Source: Chlorokybus atmophyticus (taxonomy: Eukaryota > Plantae > Mesostigma and Chlorokybus algae). Taken from it: a stretch of DNA of 64,000 bases. Where the stretch lies: positions 835,397-899,396 of the forward strand of contig RHPI01002368.1 of NCBI GenBank assembly GCA_009103225.1, in the 5' to 3' direction. Each line of letters opens with the position of its first letter. Position 1 is the first letter of the stretch. Both the position numbers and the translations under genes were made by a program. The notes under the pieces are model-generated. The model saw only the letters and a list, made by a program, of their open reading frames with translations, was not told where the DNA came from and ran no database searches. Shown here in pieces: positions 39,223 to 52,315 of this stretch.

Positions 39223-42026
39223 GCCTGTGCACCTGTGATGCAACACTGTAATACTGACACTCAACTACTAACACACCACATCACACGCAACACTGACACA
39301 GTGAAACTATCAGTGCTTGAAGTGTGCACAGAAAACGCAGAAAGCAGTACATGTTGTTGACTGGGAGTACACGTGACAGCAGCCTTGTGAGTGCTCTTTT
39401 TGCAAACTGACAAGGGTGCTGCTGGACTGGAAGCTAATGTTGCGCAGATTTGCGAATATGCCTGCTTGCTAGTGTGTCACACTCACACTTGTCTTATGGT
39501 AGTTGTAGTGAACTTTGCTGCATGCTCATGAGCTGCTTTACCACTCCTTCACTTCACAGTAAAGGTTGCGCACTTCACAATGTGTGTGTGTATGCGCGTG
39601 TGTGTGGCACATGCTTTGTGTTTGTCACAAGGTGACTAACACAAAGCATGCTGCGGCACCAGGACAGTGCAAGGTGCCTGGCATTGAGCTGTGTCATGGA
39701 CAGTAACAGCTGGCTGCACACAGCACACTTTTTGAAGGACCGATCGTACAACAGCTTGCTCACACGACATTGGATCTTAGTTTTACATGAGACAACGTGC
39801 TGTAGCTCACACACCACAAGCATACGCCTGAGCACAAGCAGACGTTGAAGCTTCAGCTACAAGCTTGCAACTGGACAGTGACTGTGCTAAGCAATGCCGT
39901 GCCTGTGCCTGACCTTCGCCGGACCAGCTGCAGCACGGACAACCACCAGCGGACACACAAACACCACGCTTGAGCCTGCGTCCTTCACGTCCTTTACGCC
40001 GACACCAACGCCGCCGCCATGGCCGTGTCTTTTTCTGCCGCAGACGGAGCGTATGTTTCACCACTGATAAATGTTCCGAAGGGTGGCAAATTGCCACTGG
40101 CAATGCTGCATTACCACTGCACTTTTATGAACAGATATTATTGCTAATGAGCCTAGCGGCCCGCTACTAGCGGGTTGGAAGCTAACGCTTGTATTGTACC
40201 CTTCCGTGATGCATCTTCCTGCACTGCCACGGCTCATGGCAATACATGTACCTGGTACTTCTGGTACAGTGTAGTGGCACTCATAACATGGGCATTACTC
40301 GTCGGCTCTAACTATTGGCCGGCGAGTTTTCGTTTAACAAGTTAACCATTAAGCGATTAATACATATAATTCAAATGAGGGTTTGCCTCTGTTGCTCGAC
40401 ACACATGTGTCAAGCAACCGAGGCAGTTGCGGCCGTCGCCTTAGCGGCGGCGTTGCTGGCGACGGCCGAAATTTCGCCCCTTCCCGCCCCACCCAGATGC
40501 GCCGCCGCGCTTCGAAAAACTATGTGCCTTGTCTTAATTGCGCTTCCAAGTGTACAGGAACGAGATAAATGGATCGACCTGACCGTGCGACATTAATGTC
40601 ACATCGACGGCATTTCGCATCATTGCTAGCCACCGTCGGTACATCCCAAGTTTTCAATGCATTAACAGTCGTTCATCGCGTACACCATACTTCTAACGAT
40701 GAACGCAAATGATCGTAGTGCTTAGGTGTGCTTGCCAAAGTTGAACTGTAGGTAGGATGATTGTTTTAAAAAAAAAAAGGAATGTAATTCGTTCGTCGTG
40801 TGCAAAGTAGTATAGGCCTAATGTGAACTGAAGTTATCCCTTTTGGCTCTCATGTGTGAGTCCTTGCAGCGTTGGCCTTTCCATTGGTGGGTTGACCGCG
40901 AGACACAATAATTTATGGCAAATGAACCGGTACTGGTAGTAGCAGCAACAAGCTGGTTGTATAGGTAATGAAAAGCTGCAAGGCTTGCAATGAGGCTCCA
41001 GCCAATTCTAGCCCTACCGGTTGTCATGCTCATGGGCCGTTTGCATAGGTCTGCGTGACATGTTTTGTGTCAGGGAGAGCCACGTGTACGGTACACAATG
41101 GTATGTGCGGTACACTGTCTCGGCTCGTCAGAGTCGAAACAAAGGGTTCAGGGACCTTCTTGGCATGTTCATGTCACCTGTAATCTCATGGCAATACCAT
41201 GATGGCCTCAATCAATGGTAGCGTGACGGCCTTTGAGGCAGCATGCAAACGGTATCTCCTGATCAAACGCTCCTTGAGTGAGGCGCATGGGAAGATGAAC
41301 CATGATTGAGTGAACATGGATCAAGTCGTCGCCCGCTGGTCCCTGCAATGCGTCGCAATCATGTATACGCCGCTGAGCGCTTCAACAGCCAAACCCCTTG
41401 TCAGCAGATACGCAATGCCTTTTGGCGATAGGACGTACCACCTAACGATCTGTGCCACATGCGACTGGTTGGTACCATCTCCCAAGGTGGCAACCATGTT
41501 TAGTACAACGTGGAGTACGGTCAGACACAGACGCAGGGTATTCCTCTCCGGATAACGGAAGACGCGGACCACCGCTGATGAGGCATTAATTAAATGCGAA
41601 CCTAGTACCGGTCACACCGTGCTGCGGTTAGCTGAACGCGACCCACTATCTTTGTGCTGGTTTACCTGCCGCAAAGGAGGCGTTGGGTTTGACCTTTTAA
41701 CCGGACTGGGAAGCGGCTGCCTGCCGCCACCGTTAACCATAGCGGTTATTTAACCAGAGCACGCTCCACCGCATCATTAGGGAGCTCAGGGTCGTAACCG
41801 GCGATTAGCGGCGTAACGCGCGACAAGTGCGCAAGCCCTAACCGCAATGCAACTCGACGTTTGTCACAGAGTACAGTACCTGGTATCTTATTGTCACGAA
41901 AGGCTGCATGGAAAAAGGGCGAAGTTGGCCTGATGGAATGGTCCCCAATGGGGACTCCCCAACATGTCAAAACTTGACATGAGAGCAACCATATTCTTAC
42001 AAGCAGGCACTCTTGTTTGGCACAGC

Positions 42027-45000
42027 ATGGCGGCGGCGAGGGCGGCGGCGAGGAGGTCGTCCTCGTCGTCGTCGACTTGCCGGCTTTTGGTCGGGTTGCT
42101 GCTGAGTTTGCTGGTGCTGGGGGCCGCGGCAGTCAGCGAGGGACATGCTGGCCGCCAGCCCGGGCAGCTGCTGGCGGCGGAGGAGGCGGCGGCGGCAGGC
42201 AGCTCTGCGGACAGCCCCCCCTGCTTTGACAAGTCAGGATGGACCTCCATGGCCAAGTGGTCGGACTTGACCATCGCCATAGCCTACTTCTCCCTCCCCA
42301 TGGAGGTAAGTTGAGGGCTGTAGTTGATGTTACTGCTGTGCAGTTACAAGCACACAATTGTCAGCTTGCAAACCACTGAAACCCTGAATAACGCTTATGC
42401 TGTGTTGCACTGTTGTTGTTTTTAAGTGGATGTGTCGTCACAACACAGCAACACAACTTGAAGCACACAAGTAGCAGACAGCTGTTATCCACTTTGTCGC
42501 CAGCACAAGAGCAATGCACAGCAACCAACATACAAAGTTCACAGTTGCTCACGATCTGGACTCAAACCCTAAACAGCATTTGCTCCAGCAAGGATTGCCA
42601 ATGCACACATGCGCACAACAGAGCACACAATGACATAGTCACACGCACGGCAGGAGTTGCAATTCGACACATATGTGCGCACAACTGCGCAGACATTTAC
42701 ATACTCATTTGCTCATGAAAATGCATATGCTCACATGCACACACACACAGTCAAACCATGTTTTCCCTCAACAGTTGGTGTACTTTGCGCGCAAGTCTTC
42801 GGATGTCCCATTCAGATGGCTTTTTCTGCTATTCGGGGCGTTTATTGTGCTTTGCGGTTTGACCCATCTCATCACCCTCTTCTTATACACAACATGGTCC
42901 CACACCGTGCGCAACACCCTCGCCATCACGAAGCTTGTGACGGGCATTGTGTCGGTCTTCACCGCGATTGCGTTGGGTAAAACCCTACCCGAGCTCGTGA
43001 GTGTGGAAGCCAGACAAGTCTTCCTGCAAAATCAGGCAGAGGCGCTACTCAAAGAAGTAGGACAAATGAGGGTTTCTGAGTGGCATGGACGCATGGAACG
43101 TGTCATCACACAACGAATGCGCGCAAGCCTTGACCGCACACAAGTTGTCGCCACCACTCTGCAGGTGAGCACACACAGGCACAAACACACCCTTAGGCAC
43201 GCGGGCGCGTGCGTCAGGTGGCATCACTCTTTGTCACGTGCAGACGATCACACAGACCAACAGTTGTCGATTTCTGTGCTAATGCCTTGCTTGGTACCTA
43301 CCATTTGTGTCAACAAGTACAACCAGTACAGCAGCATATCACCCAACTTGTTGTGAAGTTGTGTGAAGTTGCCAGTAACCAATGAATGGGTGGCTGATGC
43401 TAGCACAATGCAAATGCATTTGCTGTTGCACTGCCTTCTGTGCAACAGTTGTTGTTACTTTGTTGTTTTGATTGTGGTATGTGGGGTGTGTAGGAGTTGG
43501 CAAGGGCGTTGGCGTTGCGCGAGGCAGCCATATGGTTCCCCGCAGATGACGGCAAGGCTGCTGGCAAGAAAGCGGGCGTTAGTGTTGGAGGAGGTGGGTA
43601 TGTGCGCCAATCGCGCATAGGGCCCACATCTGGCCCTGTCACGGATAATCTGACCACGGTCAAGGCCAGCAACCACGCCGTGAGGAACATACTCAATCAC
43701 TCCTACGCCACACTTATCCCTCCACAGGTATACCATCACAGTATAAAGGCAAAGTGTGTGCGTGTGGTGTGTGGCTTTACAGCTGTGACGCGCATACTCG
43801 CGTGGTCGTTTGTGTGGATTTGTGGATGTGTGGTATTCGCACAATCTGCGTACACGGGCATTGACATGTGACCTCGTGCGTCTTTGTAAACGCACAGATG
43901 CGTTCTTACATGTGTGCGCGCCTGCGCACGCACGTGCATGCACAAGCGCAACTCAACATGCACGCCCACGTGTTTGAGACGCTCGTGATAGAGTGTGCCT
44001 ACATGCCAAATGCACGTGTGTTTATCAGTGTGTCGGCGCCTATGTGCATGTATGGGTAATAATAGTTTGCTTCACGTGCTGTGATCCTGGCCTGATCGTG
44101 TGTGTGTGTAACCTGTCAAGGACACGGCGGAGATGTCGAGTTGCGTGGGCGGGTTTCACGTGGGCGTGCGCTTTCCTCTCCCTCAGTTGGGCGTGAACGC
44201 AAAGCAACATCACCACATACACCACCAAAACCACTCCCGGCTTCACCAACAGAGGCAGGTGGCAATATCGAGCCAAATGGGGGGCGATATCGAGTCCAGG
44301 CACCCGCAAACAAGGCACCGGCCGAGGCAGGGCCGTGCCTCTATTGGAGCGATATCGGCCACCGCGGCGCATATACAAGACATCCACAGGCTAACAGCGA
44401 AACCGCGCCGGGTCAACACAACGCCCGACATGTGGTCCGTGTTGTACAGCTCCACAACAACGCCCAATACCAGCGTTGAGAGTGTCGACAAGAGCGGGGG
44501 CTCTTTTGACGGTATGTGTGACGTGTGTTGCTGTGTGCGTGTGTGCTCACGTGTGTCGTGATGATCACCTTTCGCACCCACATAGTCCAAACTGCATGTC
44601 ATGTTGTGTTGGTATGAGCTCTGTGCTGTTATTGCGGGCATGCAGGTTGAGTTGAGTTTGTGGTATACTCGTGCGTACGCGTGTGCATATGTGTGCGCAT
44701 GTGATGCAGTGCTTGCATCTGAATTGTACTCACTTTCAAAATGCACTGCAGGCAACTCGGATGTGCTACCAGAGCAAGAATTTGAGCGTTTTGGAATTCT
44801 AACTCTGGTGTTGCCCGGCAAAGCGCCTGGAGCCGAGCGCATGCGCGAGCTGGAGGTGTGTGTGTATGTGTATGTGTTCTTGTACACATGCATGTGTACA
44901 AGCACGGATACATGTATGTGCATGCGCTTGTGCATGCATCAGGCAGGTGTGTGCATGTGCCTGCTGGTATACTTGTGTACGTGTGTACACGCGCATGTGC

Positions 45001-48000
45001 GTTCCAATGTGTACGTGTATGGACGCGCGTCAGTGCGCATGCATGTGTGGCGCGCATAGCTTTTTGTTGTTGCGTGTGCATGTTGCACAACCGTTGCTTG
45101 TGTAGGTCATCGAAGTGGTGGCGGACCAGCTTGCAGTGGCGCTGTCCCATGCAGCTGTGTTTGAGATGGCTGAAGACACACTCAAAGCTCTGACTGAGCA
45201 GAACGCAGCGTTAGAGGTGTGTCTTGTTATGCGTAGTATGTGCATGTGGACAATGTTGTCTTTGAGACTGCAAACACTCACACCTTTGAAACAGGTCGCC
45301 AGGCGGGAAGCTGAGGCCGCCACGCGTGCACGCACAGAGTTCCTCACGGTAAGTTGAAGCTATGACATTAGTGTGTTTGACCCGTGTGCGCGCGCGAGTT
45401 TGTGTTTGCGCGCGTTTGTGCGCGCGCATGTGTGGCGGCTGGGTGTTTAACAGCTGAGTAGATACTGACACACTTGTTGCTCTCTCAGGTCATGAACCAT
45501 GAACTCAGGTATGCACGTGCGTTTATCCCAGCAGTTGGCTAATGCATGTTGGGTGTACATTGACACATTTCAACACTGCTTGGCAGCAGCAGTTCCGAAA
45601 CTTCACACACTTGAAGGCCAATGTTGTGGTTGTTGTGTTGCTCAGGACCCCAATGCACGCCATCATTGCGCTGACTTCACTGCTGGTTGAGTCACCGGGG
45701 CTCACGCAGGATCAGCGAACCCTTGTTGAGACAGTCAGGTCAGTTAAAGGGTTGTAATTGTGTACTCACCTTTCGTGCCCTGTCACAATATGTTTGCCAA
45801 CATGACTGTTCCATACATTCATCCATGCACGGATACCCACACATGCGTAACTTGTATGCGCACACATTTAGAATTACGCGCACGTGCACGCGCTCGTGCA
45901 TGCATAAGTGAATTTGCACACGCATATGCTTATGTGCGCATCATCACACACAAACACGCATTACCTGACAGGCGGTCGGGAGAGTCCTTGTCTGCGTTGA
46001 TTAACGACGTGTTGGACTTCTCGCGGCTCGAGAACAACCGCATTGAGCTCGACACGGCACCCTTTCACTTGTACGACGCCTTCCATCACACCGTGGCGCA
46101 GTGCAAACCCATGCTGGCAGATAAGCCCGTGGCACTGTACCTCACCATTGAGGACGTACGTGACATGCCTTTGCCTTGTCATCTCAAGGACAAGTTGCAT
46201 TGTGCATACAAACGTGCACACAGACACGTATTGTTTTACCTCACAAGGAAGCGAGTATCTGGCCATGTAATTGTGCAGTCAACATTCTGGCCACACCCAC
46301 ATGCACATACACTTACCTCATGTGCGTATATGCACTTGTCCACAAGTTAGTGTCAGGAGGGCACTTATTTTGTGTAGATGACCGCATGTTGGGTATGTGA
46401 CCTTAAGTTGCACAGTTTGCATAGCTTTTTCCAACTTGGCTTTGTGTTCAGGATGTGCCGAACGTGGTGACGGGAGATAGGACTCGTTTTGTCCAAGTTG
46501 TGACGAACATTGTGTCCAATGCAACCAAGTTCACATCCGTCGGAGAGATATGCATCCACGTAAGCGTGGATAGCGGCCCGCGGGCGATGTCGCTGAGCCG
46601 CGTGGGGCCCCCGCACCGATTTCATCGCCACGGGCAGCTCCACATCGGCGATATCGGTGACGAGGAGAGAAACTCGGATATCTCTATCAACTCCCCGTGC
46701 TCGTTGTTGCCTCCACCCACGGCCGTTATTGACCCCGTACAGCCGGTATCGGCCGTGAGCAGGGCTATCGCGAGACGCAACGCGGATAACGGCACTGCTG
46801 CAGCAGATCAAGCGACGTATATCAGAGTGGAGGTCAAAGATACGGGCGTCGGTATCGACCCTGACAATATATCCAAACTCTTCAATAACTTTGTTCAGGT
46901 CAGCACACCACATCATACATGCGATCGCAAGTAGTTCACTATTGTACATGTCTTCTGTGGGTGTGTCTGTCATGCGTGACTGATCTGTGTACTCGTGTGC
47001 GTGTACAGGCTGATAGTGCCACAACTCGCCGGTTTGGTGGCACGGGATTGGGCCTTGCAATATCCAAAAGGTGAGTGAGCTTTACTCGTTGTTGTGCACA
47101 AACAACATGCATCCTTGCGTACAGCGCATATGTATGTGTCGTGCTGGAAGGTATTGTAGAACTGGCAAATTGCACACATGTGTATGTGAGGTGCCCGTGC
47201 CCGTGCACGCACATGCACGTGCGTGTGCGTGCACATGTGCGTGTGCGTGTGCGCGTGTGCGCGCGAGTCTGTGTGCACGCGCACACCTGCGCATGTGTGT
47301 GCGTGTGTGTATAAAATTTAGTAGCCAACACGTCTTGTCGTCGTATAACCAGTAAGTTCCTTTTGTCCCAACAGGTTTGTGCAATTGATGGGCGGAGAAA
47401 TCTGGATGGAATCCGGTGGTGTGGGTCGCGGCACGCTTGTTCAGTTTGTTGTGCGGCTGGAGCGCTCTCAACTCCACGACGCCACTTCACTCCCCAGCGA
47501 TATCACCTCACCCGCCTCATCGATATCGTCCTTATCCTCACCCGTCGCAGACAGCTCCGGTGCGATTGTTGCGGAACAGCCGTCGAAATTGGTAGATGAA
47601 AACAATGCGCAGAAAGAGTGCGAGGGTGATAATGCTGATATTAGTACGCGGGGGAGTACGAGCTCGATGTCGCAAGCGCTTGAGATTAGTCCGACAAGGC
47701 AGAGCAGCGCATCGGCGATGGCACGATGCTTTCCTTCTAGCCCAAGGCTTGAGGTGAGAAAAGACAGCATGTATTGTGTACATGCTATGCACAAACGCAC
47801 GCACTGTTGTGGCCTTTTCACTGCTGGCGGTGTCGCTTAGTTGCATTCGTGCATGTTTGCGTGTGCTTACATGTGTGTGCATATGCATGTGTGTTTGCGT
47901 GTGTGCATGTGTTGTGACGTGATACACAGTTAGTGTATGTGCGCTTGCAGAAGGCTGGCTTGTTGAGAGTCCCCACAGACGAGTGTCCAGTTGCATCCTC

Positions 48001-49111
48001 ATCGGCTTCGAGTGAGAGCGGGGAGGACCCTTTGAAGGTAGGAAGGCTTTTTCTCACTGTCCACATCCTGTATCTTGACCCATACATTGCTAGGTTATGC
48101 ACACATACTGTCATGGCCGTGTACGTGCACGCGTGCATGTGTTAGCACACATTATGCGCACACGCGTGCAAGCATGCAGTGCTGTATGCATGCATGTATT
48201 TTTATGCGCGTCTAGATACGAACCCTTGGCAGCGAGCATGCACATCAAGTACTGTACTCGCACGTGTACATGTTTGCACGCACGCACGCAGAGTGTATGT
48301 GCAGGTATGTTTTTGACATGCGCATGTATGCGTGCGTACACATACCCATGCCATTGTGACTGCAAGTAGACATACACACATGCACGTACACAATGTGTCT
48401 GCGTGCGCATGCGCGCGCACGTGTGCTTGTGACCATGTGTACACAAGTTCTCTCACACATACGTGCATGGCTGACTCACATCACAACCACAGGGTTTGAC
48501 CGTGCTTGCGTGCGACGACAACGTGGTGAACCAGATGGTGACTCGTCGTCTCTTAGAGCGGTTAGGGTGCCGTTGCCTCGTCGTAGGCAGCGGTAGAGAC
48601 TGCCTCGATGTGTTACACAACCCGACGCACGGCTACCGCGTCCTCCTACTCGACCTGTGCATGCCGCTGATGGACGGGTTCGAGGTCGCTAAACGGATGA
48701 CAGAGATGTGCGAGGATGGGAGTCTTGTGGATAGACCGCTCGTTGTGGCATTGACGGCGAATGCGGATCTGGATACGAGGCAACGGTGTATTCATGCCGG
48801 CATGGATGCGGTACGGGAATATGTTGGGTGTGGGTGGGTGGGTGCGCGTGTCTGCGCGTGAGGGTGCGGATGCATGCGTGCGTGTTTGCGTGTGCATGGG
48901 TGTGGCGGTGTGGTCATTGCGTGAGTGGAACCAGGCGCAATGGTGTGAGCGGGTGCATCATTGAGTTGGTTTGTGTGCAAACATACGCTCATGCGCTTGA
49001 CGACTTGTTGCCTGAAACATGCTCTAACTGTGGCAGTTTATTGGAAAGCCGATCCCATTGGACGCGTTGCGAGACACCCTCAGGAGTATATTGAAATTCG
49101 GTGGAGCTTAG
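42027..49111 (+). CDS. ETR: Ethylene receptor, hybrid histidine kinase (leader helix + 3-TM ethylene-binding domain + GAF + HisKA + HATPase + receiver), about 16 exons
   Basis: [45 protein letters not shown] (Cu-binding C..TH retained); [14 protein letters not shown]; VMNHELRTPM; [10 protein letters not shown]; VKDTGVGI; KLFNNF; [11 protein letters not shown]; receiver DDN...LLDLCMP...VALTANA...KP. All junctions I checked stay in frame. Confidence 0.96.
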
Positions 49112-50827
49112 GATATACATATATACTTAATAATTACTGTTGTTAGGCACATGTACAGCAGTTAGCTTATCTTCTTTTGTATTGTACAGTTGTTTCGGAA
49201 GGCAACTCGTGCACACTTGTCCTACATTTAGGACAGGTGGCTTTGGTTCACTGATACAATGGCTCTTTGGATTATGTGGTACCATCTTGATCATTTGTGC
49301 TCCGACAGCATAGTATGGTTACAAGTCACGTACTGCAGTAGTGCTTATGGTACATTAAAACAATGCATATGGTAACATAGGACATGCATAGTAGACAAAC
49401 GGATTGGATGAGTAGGGTAGCACAGCAATACAAGACAATCTACAATTTGGCCAGAGGCTGCAACTGACCACTGCTTAGCTCACAACTAGCTACACAACCC
49501 ACTACACACTACTGTGCATGGTGCAACAATGACGAATACTTTAGTACACCCAGATTTATCATCACTGTCCTCGAGGTTCACATGCGCGTGCGTGCGCGCG
49601 TCAGCTTGAATGTCAGGTACACATGTGAATCACACAATGCACACACTCACCAACCATTAACAGAATGCAGTGGCGGGATAGGCAAGAGAGGAGCACAGTA
49701 CACCAGGGGCTTCTAGCTAAATCAGTCAATCTCCATATACATATATACATGGTGTGCTAGTGCCTCTAGCTATATGCTGCTGCATGTGGTCTATGTGCGG
49801 GCCATAGCAGGCCTAGCAGGCACTCACCATGCAACCAATCAACAGAAAGGTAACAGATCCTGTGCGCGTATATGTCACACGATGAATACCTTCTGCACAA
49901 CTGTGGTTATTCCAACCTACGCAGTGATATCTGCTACAGTCATTGTGCATGCGCATGCTACTGTACTCGCCTATGCACACGCACAGACATGCACATCAAC
50001 ATCGTAAGCACGTGATCGCATGCATGTGCGTGATGCGTCACTTGCGCGATGTGTGCGTGTGTGAGTGTACAACCATGTACACCCATGTATGTGGTTGTCT
50101 GCCTTCTACAGGTAGAGCGTGCATGTGTACACAATTTAAACATGCGTAGAGCACATGCAAGCAAGCAAGCACGCAACAAACAAGTAGCAGCCATGCACAC
50201 TCACCATCACTGCTTACACATATTCACATGACTACCGGGCTCATATTCTAGCCAACTCACCCACCACTACGACCACTACCCACAACACTACTCACCAACC
50301 CCCGTTGGTTGTCATGCATGCAAGCACACTTAAATGTCACATGCATGCAGCACGCTTGCTGGTGGTCAATTTCATACACAGCCCCAGAAAGTCGCATCAG
50401 CAGGACGCAAGCAATGTCGGTGGTAGTGTTACGCACACCCTCTTTCTCCCCTTCCTCACGTTTCCCACTCTTCGTGCTCCACCTCACGCCCTTCCTCCTC
50501 CTTTCTCACGCTGTTGCTGCCTTATCTTTTATGATCCTTCACGCTCTAGATGTCTTCCTCCACAGCTTGTACACGTCACTATGGTGGGCTGGTGGTGGGC
50601 ATGTGTCTACATGCTGTTGTACATATGTGCAAATGCAAGGTGCGAGCTAAGGTAGGCAGCAGGTACAGAAGGTGTCTACCAGGCAAGCTATCAACCTGAA
50701 GAATACAATTCCTGTCCCTAAGTGTGTGCTTGTATGTGTAGATGCCAGCGTGTGTTGCACAATATACACTATGCACATCATACAGATGTACACATGCACG
50801 CACATGCAAGTCCAAATAAACACTCAT

Positions 50828-51090
50828 ACACTCGCAGCTGTATGGGCAACTATGTGGATGTGCAAAAGCATACAACGTTTCTGCCCACAGAACCGCATGC
50901 AGTTGAGCATACTCGCACACACTAATACACACTCATCCACGTACATGTTCAAGTGCAGGTTGACACTCGCAGCTGTATGGGCAACTATGTGGATGTGCAA
51001 AAGCACACAACTTTCTGCCCACAGAGCCGCATGCAGTTAGGAGTACTCGCACACACTAACACACACTCATCCACGTACACATTCAAGCGC
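50828..51090. repeat. Tandem duplication, 135-bp period, about 2 copies
   Basis: ACACTCGCAGCTGTATGGGCAACTATGTGGATGTGCAAAAGCA begins at both 50828 and 50963. Confidence 0.9.
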
Positions 51091-51328
51091 TCATAAACTT
51101 TCATGAGTACGCATCAGCATACCAGCAACAACAATATGACATACAGCGCGCAAGTACTACTTACAAAAGCTGACATATCAAAGAATGAAGAATTACTATA
51201 GACAGCGGGCTTTATACAAGCCCAAAGAATGGTCCCTAGCCATTTACCCAACAACACCACTCTACCAACATCAATATAGCAGTCAATCCATCACAAACCA
51301 ACACTACGCGAGCCTTCAGATCGTACTT

Positions 51329-52170
51329 TTAGCTGAGGGCAGATGTGGCGTACACCAGGTAAAGGCCAACACCCAGAGCTGAGGCGAATGTGGCAGCCCA
51401 GGCAGCCAGACCTGTCATGAGACACCAAGATAAGTCAGTGTATCGATACAAATTATGTTTGATGCCATTACAAGACTCAGGCAAGCTCATGCCTCGTAAG
51501 GCAGTGCATCGGTACAAGCAGCACTTGATGATACATTGTACACCAGCAGCATTGCAAGCGCCATCATGAAGCGGTCAAGCAGTATGAAAGTGTGCAGTTG
51601 ATGCAAGATGAGTCACTTACCAGCAAAGCCTGGAGCATAAGTGTTGCCAGTGGCGCTCCACTGCTCAGGGGTCCAGATAGGGCTGTACTCATCCACATTC
51701 ATGCCCTGTCAGACACACATGCACGTATTAGCAAGAAAGCGGCAGCGCAGTGATACAACATTCAACCAGTGTGACCTTTTAAGTGTCGCAATGACCAGAC
51801 ATTGCATCAAATTTGCTTACCTTCAGCTTGTAGACCCTGCCTGCCTTGCCATCCTTGCCAGGAGCTGATCCATAAGCTGTGGATGCAACGCGGCCAGTCT
51901 TGGGGTTGACCTGGCCCTTCTTGGGTGCAGCCTCACTCTGCATGACACTCTCATAAGTCACATTCCCACATGCATGCACTGCAGCCATCCTTACAACCAT
52001 TCTCCCCCTCTCACCTTCTTCTTGCCGAACAATGCCTGCACAGGGCTGCCTGACGCCGACGCCGCCGTCGCCTGCTTGGTGCTGTGGCTCTTGCGGGCGG
52101 GAAGGGACACGCCCAGGAAGGCGGTCTTGGGTGCTGAGGCGGCGGCGGAGGTGGACAAGGAGGACGCCAT
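51329..52170 (-). CDS. PSBR: Photosystem II 10-kDa polypeptide PsbR, 4 exons
   Basis: Transit peptide MASSLSTSAAASAPKTAFLGVSL..., then GRVYKLK-GMNVDEYSPIWTPEQWSATGNTY-GLAAWAATFASALGVGLYLVYATSALS*, matching the PsbR NVDGYSPI motif and C-terminal TM helix. Confidence 0.92.
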
Positions 52171-52307
52171 GGATATGGAGACGGAGGGAGGCAGAGACGA
52201 TGCGAAGGCTGAGAAGAAAACACAAGTGTTGAGACACGGTTGCACTGCAGATGGTTTGGGCCCTTCTTATGACGCTTCGCGCTGGGTGATTAAATGAATT
52301 AAAATTA

Positions 52308-52315
52308 GCCACGTG
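52308..52315. promoter_or_regulatory. G-box (GCCACGTG) about 140 bp upstream of the PsbR ATG
   Basis: Exact motif in a position typical of light-regulated photosynthesis genes. A short motif could be chance. Confidence 0.4.

Noticed and set aside
40818-41990. Non-repetitive stretch with short ORFs and two small hairpins (41941-41955, 41964-41982) upstream of the receptor
   Set aside because: All frames are broken by stops and carry no domain motif. Stems of 7-8 bp are expected by chance. Probably promoter/UTR or an unrecognisable relic.
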